A DNA stretch of 20,562 bases from the NCBI GenBank assembly GCA_049322495.1, contig JBMORD010000219.1, positions 64,001 through 84,562 of the forward strand, in the 5' to 3' direction. This DNA comes from Myxococcota bacterium. GTDB taxonomy: Bacteria > Myxococcota > Myxococcia > Myxococcales > Myxococcaceae. Position numbers and translations under genes: made by a program. This document shows positions 16,267 to 20,562 of the stretch, in pieces. Each line of letters begins with the position of its first letter. Position 1 is the first letter of the stretch. The notes beneath the pieces were generated by a model. That model was not told where the DNA came from. It did not search any database and saw only the letters and a list, made by a program, of their open reading frames with translations.

Positions 16267-16287
16267 CGGGGCGGCGCCTCCGCCCCG
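16267..16287 (+). terminator. GC-rich hairpin (8-bp stem CGGGGCGG/CCGCCCCG, 5-nt loop) after the lipoprotein gene; no U-tract
   Basis: cggggcgg-cgcct-ccgccccg lies 32 nt after the stop at 16235 and is followed by gttgcgcagcttgcgcag (a direct repeat of the palindromic TGCGCA). It is the only intergenic hairpin of this quality on the plus strand here. Confidence 0.25.
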
Positions 16288-16376
16288 GTTGCGCAGCTTG
16301 CGCAGGTCATGGCCGTGTCAGCCGCCCGTGGTGTCGCGGCCCTGCGCGGGCGAAGCGCTTGCTGTTCCGGGGAAGC

Positions 16377-17039
16377 ATGACCCTTCCCCTCCTCGCACTG
16401 CTCACCACGCTGTCCACCGCGGCCGTCGATGACGACCGCGAGCGCGCGCTCGAGACGTACCAGCGCACGCACGCCGAGGTGTCGTTCGGCTACCTCGGGC
16501 AGTGGAGCGACGAGCGCAACCGCGCCCTCGAGCTGAAGTCCTCGGGGGAGAACCCGCCGCTCGCCGGGCTGGTGACCGACCCGTTCCTCGGCGCGCCGTT
16601 CGACGCGACGGTGCTCGCGGGCCCGGCGCTCGAGTGGCGGCTGGTGTCTTCGCAGGTGCGCTTCACCGTGGGCGTGCGCTTCCCCTTCACCAACTTCCGC
16701 CCGTCGGACACGGCGCAGACCGTCTCGCTGCAGGGCGCGCCGCACGAGGTGCTCGTGCGCTCGGTGTCGCTGTGGGATCTCCGCACCGGGTTGGGGTTCG
16801 AGCTGCCGTTTCGTCGCGTGACGCCCTTCGTCGACGTGCTCGGCGACGTGCAGACGCTCAGCACGCAGCTCGTCATCGACGGCGCGCCGGCGACGTACCA
16901 GGGGCGCGCCTTCTCGCTCGGCGGGCGCGTGGGCGTGCGCTACCAGGTGAACCACCTCTTCGTGCTGCTCGCGGCAGAGGCGACGGCGCTCGGTCCGCTG
17001 CGCCTCGGCGGCACGCTCCAGGCGGGCGTCGCCTTCTGA
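16377..17039 (+). CDS. secreted beta-barrel (OMP-like) protein
   Basis: The track ORF starts on TTG at 16359. An ATG at 16377 (Met 7) has GGGGAAG upstream and gives MTLPLLALLTTLSTAAV (signal peptide). The sequence shows an alternating hydrophobic beta-strand pattern, and the C-terminal residue is Phe (...GTLQAGVAF), typical of outer-membrane beta-barrels. Confidence 0.6.
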   Translation: MTLPLLALLTTLSTAAVDDDRERALETYQRTHAEVSFGYLGQWSDERNRALELKSSGENPPLAGLVTDPFLGAPFDATVLAGPALEWRLVSSQVRFTVGVRFPFTNFRPSDTAQTVSLQGAPHEVLVRSVSLWDLRTGLGFELPFRRVTPFVDVLGDVQTLSTQLVIDGAPATYQGRAFSLGGRVGVRYQVNHLFVLLAAEATALGPLRLGGTLQAGVAF

Positions 17040-17040
17040 C

Positions 17041-17514
17041 TCACTGGGTCGGCTGCACGGTCACCGAGGGGAACCGGCTCGCCACGCAGGCGTCGATGAC
17101 GCGCACCAGATCGTCGTAGGCGACGCCGTCTTCGGTCGCGATGGTGAGCGCGGGCTGATCAGGCAGCTGGGCCTTCACGTCTTCGAGCTTCTTCGTGAGC
17201 GCGTCGAGCGAGAGCCGGCCACGCTCGTCGCGCGTCGCGGGGAAGGCGCCCGACTCGACTCCGGCGACGGAGACCTTCAGGCCGGAGGTGGCGAGCAGCA
17301 CGTTCACCGGAGGCTGCGGCGGGGCGTCGACGATCGGCTCGTCGTGACCGCCGGCCTGCGACACCTGCAGCCGCCCGAGCTGCGTCCACACCGCGCTCAT
17401 GATCAGGAAGACGATCGTCACCGCCATCAAGTCGATGAACGGCACGAGGTTCAGCGCCGCGTCGAGCGAGCGCTTGCCCTTGCCCCCAGCTCCCAGGTCC
17501 ATTCCGCCAGCCAT
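17041..17514 (-). CDS. ExbD/TolR family biopolymer transport protein
   Basis: Hallmark LNLVPFIDLMAVTIVFLI transmembrane segment plus a periplasmic domain. The track ORF 17041..17559 probably starts at the internal Met 16 (MAGGMDLG..., ATG at 17512-17514). Start choice is uncertain. Confidence 0.75.
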   Translation of the reverse strand: MAGGMDLGAGGKGKRSLDAALNLVPFIDLMAVTIVFLIMSAVWTQLGRLQVSQAGGHDEPIVDAPPQPPVNVLLATSGLKVSVAGVESGAFPATRDERGRLSLDALTKKLEDVKAQLPDQPALTIATEDGVAYDDLVRVIDACVASRFPSVTVQPTQ

Positions 17515-17537
17515 GCGAAGGAAGACAGCGGTCGCGC

Positions 17538-17600
17538 GCGAAGGTTCCTGCTCGCGCAAGACGCCACGCGGCGGCTGTGAGAGAACCTTCGCCCCCTTTT
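17538..17600 (+). promoter_or_regulatory. 5'-leader hairpin (10-bp perfect inverted repeat, ~35-nt loop) followed by a C5T4 run, ~25 nt upstream of the repeat-OMP/ECF operon start
   Basis: GCGAAGGTTC (approx 17538-17547) ... GAACCTTCGC (approx 17583-17592), followed immediately by ccccttttct. The U-tract follows the stem only in the plus-strand orientation. Confidence 0.4.
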
Positions 17601-17625
17601 CTCCGGCGCCGTCCCGAAGACCGAG

Positions 17626-19761
17626 ATGCAGACCCTCGTCGTGCTGATGACCCTGGCCGCGGCCGGTGAGCTGACGCTCTCCGTGGCGCCCTCGACGCCG
17701 TGCGTGGAGCGTTCACGCACGAGCGAGCTCTTGCGTGCGAGGGGGCTCGTGGTGCGTGAGGCGGCGGGCGCGTCGACGCTGGTGGCGAGCGTGTCGCCGC
17801 GCGGGGCGTCGGTGGTGGTGCGCGGCGAGCGTGCTGGCCGTCGGCTCGAGCGCGCGGTGGCGGTGGACGCGGGCGCGTGCGCGGCGGTCGAGCGCATCGT
17901 GGTGGCGTTGCTCGAGAGCTGGGCGGCGCCAACGCCGTCGGTCGCGAAGAGGGCGCGTGATGGGCTCGTGAGCTCAGCCGACGGCGGGGTCCTCCTGGCC
18001 GGGGCTCCGGGCGCGGGTGCTCCCTCGATGGAGGACCCGAACGCCCAGGTGCGCGCCTCAGCTGCAGGCATGGCCGAGCTCAATCGCGCGCGCGCGGTGG
18101 ATGGCGGAACGCCCGGTGCGCGGAATGCGACTGCGCGCGCGACGGGAGACTTCGGCGGTGCGACGGATGGCGGCACCGCCGACGCTCCGAATGCGCGCGC
18201 TCGTGCGATGACCGCTGGGCTCGGTTCCGCGGCGAAGCCCGCGTTCGGCAGTGCGGCAGATGGAGGGACGGTCGGCGCGCGGGAGGCGACTGGGCTCGTC
18301 GATTCCTCGGCGTTCGGTCGTGCGGCGGATGGAGGGATGGTCAGTGCGCGGGATGTGACTGCTCGCGCGATGACGAGCGATTCCTCGGCGACGTCTGCGT
18401 TGCGCGGCGCGACGGATGTCGGCACCGCCGGCGCGCGCGATGCGAGGGCGACGGAGCAGGGGGCGACCGATGCGTCCACTCTCGCGATGGCGATCGCTTC
18501 CTCGGCGACGTCGGATGGCGGCACCGGCGCCCGCGATGCGAGCGCTCGCACGAGGGCGACGGAGCAGGGGGCGACCGATGCATCCACTCGCGCGATGGCG
18601 ATCGCTTCCTCGGCGACGTTGGATGGCGGCACCGGCGCGCGCGATGCGACCACGACGGCGACGGCGACGGAGCAGGGGGCGACCGATGCGTCCACTCGCG
18701 CGATGGCGATCGATTCCTCGGCGACGTCGGATGGCGGCACCGCCGGCGCGCGCGATGTGAGCGCTCGCGCGACGGCGAGGGAGCAGGGCGCGACCGATGC
18801 GTCCACTCGCTCGTTGGCGTCCGGGCTCGACGATTCCTCCGCGAAGCCCGGGGTCGGTGGTCCGGCAGACGGCAGGATGGCCGGTGCTGCGCGGGATGCG
18901 GCCGCTCGCGCAACGGCGACGGATGGCAGCAGCCCCGGCGCTGCTCGAGCGCCGACGTCCGCGTTCGGCGGTGCGACGGATGGCGGAACCGCCGACGTTC
19001 CGGTTGCGACCGCTCGCGCGATGGCGAGCGATTCCTCGGCGACATCTGCGTTCGGCAGTGCGACTGAGGCGTCCACTCGAGGGAAGGCAGCCCGCGGCGT
19101 CGACTCCTCCGCTGGCTCCGTTGATGGCGGAGCGCCCCGAAAGCCCGTCGTCGACGAGGGCGGCCGGACCGATGACGGTGTTCTCGCTTCAGCGGCGGCG
19201 CCCGTCGGCAGCACCGGCGACGCGACCTCCGTGAGCACCGAGTCGCAGCGCACCGGTTGGCTGCTCGACGTCGCGGTTCTCGGCGGAGGCACGCTCGACG
19301 CCGCCGCCCAGGCGACCGGGGTCGGCTCCGTCACCGTGCGCGGCGCGTGGAAGCGGTGGGGCCTGCTGCTCGACGCGGGCCTCGAGTCGACCCGCACCGC
19401 GAGCCGCGACGTCGTCATCGCCACCGCCGACTCGCAGTGGCTCTCGGTGAGCTTCAGCGTCGGCTTCGAGCCCATCTCCCGGCTCACGCTCGACGTCGCG
19501 CTCGGTCTGCGCGGCTGGAGGACGGCCGCGTGGGCGGCGGGCGTCACCACGCGCGACGACAAGGTCGCGCTCTCGTGGGGCGGGCTCGTGTCGGCGGGCC
19601 TCGGCTGGCGGTTGACCGGGCCGGTGTTCCTCCACGCGCGCGCCTTCGGGAGCCTCCGCTCGACGATCGTCCGCTTCAACGTCGAGCCGCTGGGCACGGT
19701 GCTCGAGCTCAACCCCTTGAACTTCGGGCTGCTGGCCGGCGTGCAGTGGCGCTTCGAGTGA
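17626..19761 (+). CDS. repeat-containing secreted protein with C-terminal OMP-like beta-barrel domain
   Basis: N-terminal hydrophobic signal-like segment MQTLVVLMTLAAAG. Residues ~155-505 are Ala/Thr/Ser/Asp/Gly/Arg low complexity built from DSSA...DGGTxGARD units. The C-terminal ~170 aa has alternating beta-strand character and ends ...NFGLLAGVQWRFE. G/C-rich third positions. The antisense ORF 17451..19712 is a shadow. It lies 13 nt upstream of the ECF sigma gene. Confidence 0.7.
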   Translation: MQTLVVLMTLAAAGELTLSVAPSTPCVERSRTSELLRARGLVVREAAGASTLVASVSPRGASVVVRGERAGRRLERAVAVDAGACAAVERIVVALLESWAAPTPSVAKRARDGLVSSADGGVLLAGAPGAGAPSMEDPNAQVRASAAGMAELNRARAVDGGTPGARNATARATGDFGGATDGGTADAPNARARAMTAGLGSAAKPAFGSAADGGTVGAREATGLVDSSAFGRAADGGMVSARDVTARAMTSDSSATSALRGATDVGTAGARDARATEQGATDASTLAMAIASSATSDGGTGARDASARTRATEQGATDASTRAMAIASSATLDGGTGARDATTTATATEQGATDASTRAMAIDSSATSDGGTAGARDVSARATAREQGATDASTRSLASGLDDSSAKPGVGGPADGRMAGAARDAAARATATDGSSPGAARAPTSAFGGATDGGTADVPVATARAMASDSSATSAFGSATEASTRGKAARGVDSSAGSVDGGAPRKPVVDEGGRTDDGVLASAAAPVGSTGDATSVSTESQRTGWLLDVAVLGGGTLDAAAQATGVGSVTVRGAWKRWGLLLDAGLESTRTASRDVVIATADSQWLSVSFSVGFEPISRLTLDVALGLRGWRTAAWAAGVTTRDDKVALSWGGLVSAGLGWRLTGPVFLHARAFGSLRSTIVRFNVEPLGTVLELNPLNFGLLAGVQWRFE
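18088..19141 (+). repeat. intragenic tandem/degenerate repeat region; core units of 108-114 nt (36-38 aa) starting near 18451, 18559, 18667 and 18781
   Basis: Near-identical DNA units acggagcagggggcgaccgatgc(g/a)tccactc(t)cgcgatggcgatcg(c/a)ttcctcggcgacgt(c/t)ggatggcggcacc...; protein units TEQGATDAST(L/R)AMAI(A/D)SSAT(S/L)DGGTGARD.... They are flanked by more degenerate DGGT-containing units. Confidence 0.85.
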
Positions 19762-19774
19762 GTGCGGCGAATCG

Positions 19775-20395
19775 ATGAAGCTGCTTGAAGGGGCGGGCAC
19801 TTCCCTGTCCGTGGAGCTCGCCTTCACCACCATGCGACGCGCGACGACAGCCCCGAGCCTCGAGGACGTGCGACGGCTCTACGTGGCTCACGCGGCGGAG
19901 CTCCGGCAGGCGCTCGCGCGCCTCGCGCCCGAGCTCGACGCCGACGATCTGCTGCAGGAGGTCTTCCTCATCGCGCTCGATCGACCGGAGGCGCTGGTGG
20001 GCGCGGACTCCCCGCGCGCGTGGCTCTTCGGCATCGCAGTGAAGCTCGCGGCCACGCGCCGTCGCACCACGCGGCTGCGTCGCTTCCTCGGGCTCGACGA
20101 GGCCGCCGAGCTGCCGGCCGTCGACGCGCCTTCCCGTACGGTCGAGCAGCGTGACGCGCAGCGCGCCGTCGCCCGGGCGCTCGAGTCGCTCTCGTCGGCC
20201 AAGCGCGAGGCCTTCGTGCTGTTCGAGCTCCAGGGGCTCGCGGGAGAAGAAGTGGCTGAGGCGCTCGGCATTCCCCTCAAGACCGTGTGGACGCGGCTGT
20301 TCCACGCGCGCAAAGAGGTCACCGCGGCGCTCGAGCGCCAGCTGCTCACCGAGGCGCGCACCAGCGGCCTCGCCCGCGAGGAGGTGCGACCATGA
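19775..20395 (+). CDS. ECF (sigma-24/sigma-70 group 4) RNA polymerase sigma factor
   Basis: Region 2 (DADDLLQEVFLIAL...WLFGIAVKLAATRRR) and region 4 (REAFVLFELQGLAGEEVAEALGIPLKTVWTRLFHARKEV). Alternative start at Met 20 (19832, MRRATTAPSLEDVRRLY...). Its stop overlaps the next start (ATGA). Confidence 0.85.
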   Translation: MKLLEGAGTSLSVELAFTTMRRATTAPSLEDVRRLYVAHAAELRQALARLAPELDADDLLQEVFLIALDRPEALVGADSPRAWLFGIAVKLAATRRRTTRLRRFLGLDEAAELPAVDAPSRTVEQRDAQRAVARALESLSSAKREAFVLFELQGLAGEEVAEALGIPLKTVWTRLFHARKEVTAALERQLLTEARTSGLAREEVRP

Positions 20396-20562
20396 GCCCG
20401 CTCCAGCCGCTGTCGCAATCGGCGGCGACGCCTGCCGAGCAGCTGGTCGCGCGCGCGGCGTCGGTCGCACCCGGGGCCGTCGACCTCGCGCGCTGGGACG
20501 AGGTGGTGGCGCTCGCCGCGCTGCGCCGCCAGAGCCGCTGGCGCCTGGTCCCTGCCTTCGTT
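20392..20562 (+). CDS. putative anti-sigma factor, 5' part (runs off the window end)
   Basis: ATG at 20392 overlaps the sigma-factor stop (ATGA). The frame is open to the end of the window (MSPLQPLSQSAATPAEQLVARAASVAPGAVDLARWDEVVALAAL...). The call rests on position immediately downstream of the ECF sigma gene only. Confidence 0.4.
   Translation, partial: MSPLQPLSQSAATPAEQLVARAASVAPGAVDLARWDEVVALAALRRQSRWRLVPAFV

Noticed and set aside
16180-16432. Two 66-aa ORFs in and after the lipoprotein 3' end, considered as possible precursor peptides for the ATP-grasp enzymes
   Set aside because: They overlap the lipoprotein coding end and the hairpin region, are Arg/Ala/Gly-rich and have no RBS. No convincing small precursor ORF was found near either ATP-grasp gene.
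17451-19712. 753-aa minus-strand ORF antisense to the repeat-OMP gene (also 18341..19045 -, 18416..18760 +, 18797..19234 +)
   Set aside because: Ser/Pro/Arg/Ala low-complexity translations. The plus-strand frame has the G/C-rich third positions, an N-terminal hydrophobic segment, a structured C-terminal domain and operon continuity with the ECF sigma gene.
1-20562. Mobile elements, CRISPR arrays, tRNA or rRNA genes
   Set aside because: No transposase, integrase or Cas-like ORFs and no spaced direct repeats. Intergenic regions are all under 125 nt and none shows a cloverleaf-compatible arrangement. The only repeats are the intragenic tandem repeats at 18088..19141.

Overview
This is a 20.5-kb, very GC-rich (about 70%, G/C-dominated third codon positions) chromosomal segment whose gene content resembles a myxobacterium or other high-GC deltaproteobacterium. 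That placement is an inference from composition and the FHA, PilZ, ECF-sigma and lipoprotein-rich content, not from a search. I call 21 protein-coding genes, densely packed on both strands. Three same-strand pairs are coupled by ATGA start/stop overlaps, and four convergent pairs are only 1-7 nt apart. I found no rRNA, tRNA, CRISPR array, transposase or integrase. The recognisable genes are listed below.
- A CBS-pair protein (5' partial).
- A 6-phosphofructokinase.
- An FHA-domain protein.
- A small c-type cytochrome lipoprotein.
- A heterodimer-like pair of M16 (pitrilysin-family) peptidases: one with an intact HxxEH site, one inactive lipoprotein partner.
- A YbhB/YbcL PEBP-family protein.
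- A PilZ protein.
- An ExbD/TolR homologue.
- Two OMP-like beta-barrel proteins.
- An ECF sigma factor followed by a putative anti-sigma (3' partial).

The most interesting content is a pair of paralogous ~400-aa ATP-grasp ligases at two separate loci. One is translationally coupled to an N-formylglutamate-amidohydrolase-family (FGase, zinc amidohydrolase) gene followed by a lipoprotein gene. The other lies divergent to the M16 peptidase pair and upstream of the cytochrome-c lipoprotein. Together these look like an uncharacterised amide-bond ligase/hydrolase (peptide- or metabolite-modification) system. Other notable items are a 560-aa Ala-rich protein with coiled coil plus hydrophobic helical hairpins (membrane-inserting or pore-forming-like), an OMP whose disordered linker is built from ~108-nt tandem repeats and which sits directly upstream of the ECF sigma/anti-sigma pair, and a terminator-like hairpin in that operon's 5' leader. 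Many long ORFs in the track are antisense or out-of-frame shadows of real genes, typical of this GC content, and were rejected. Hand-derived (non-track) coordinates may be off by 1-2 nt.
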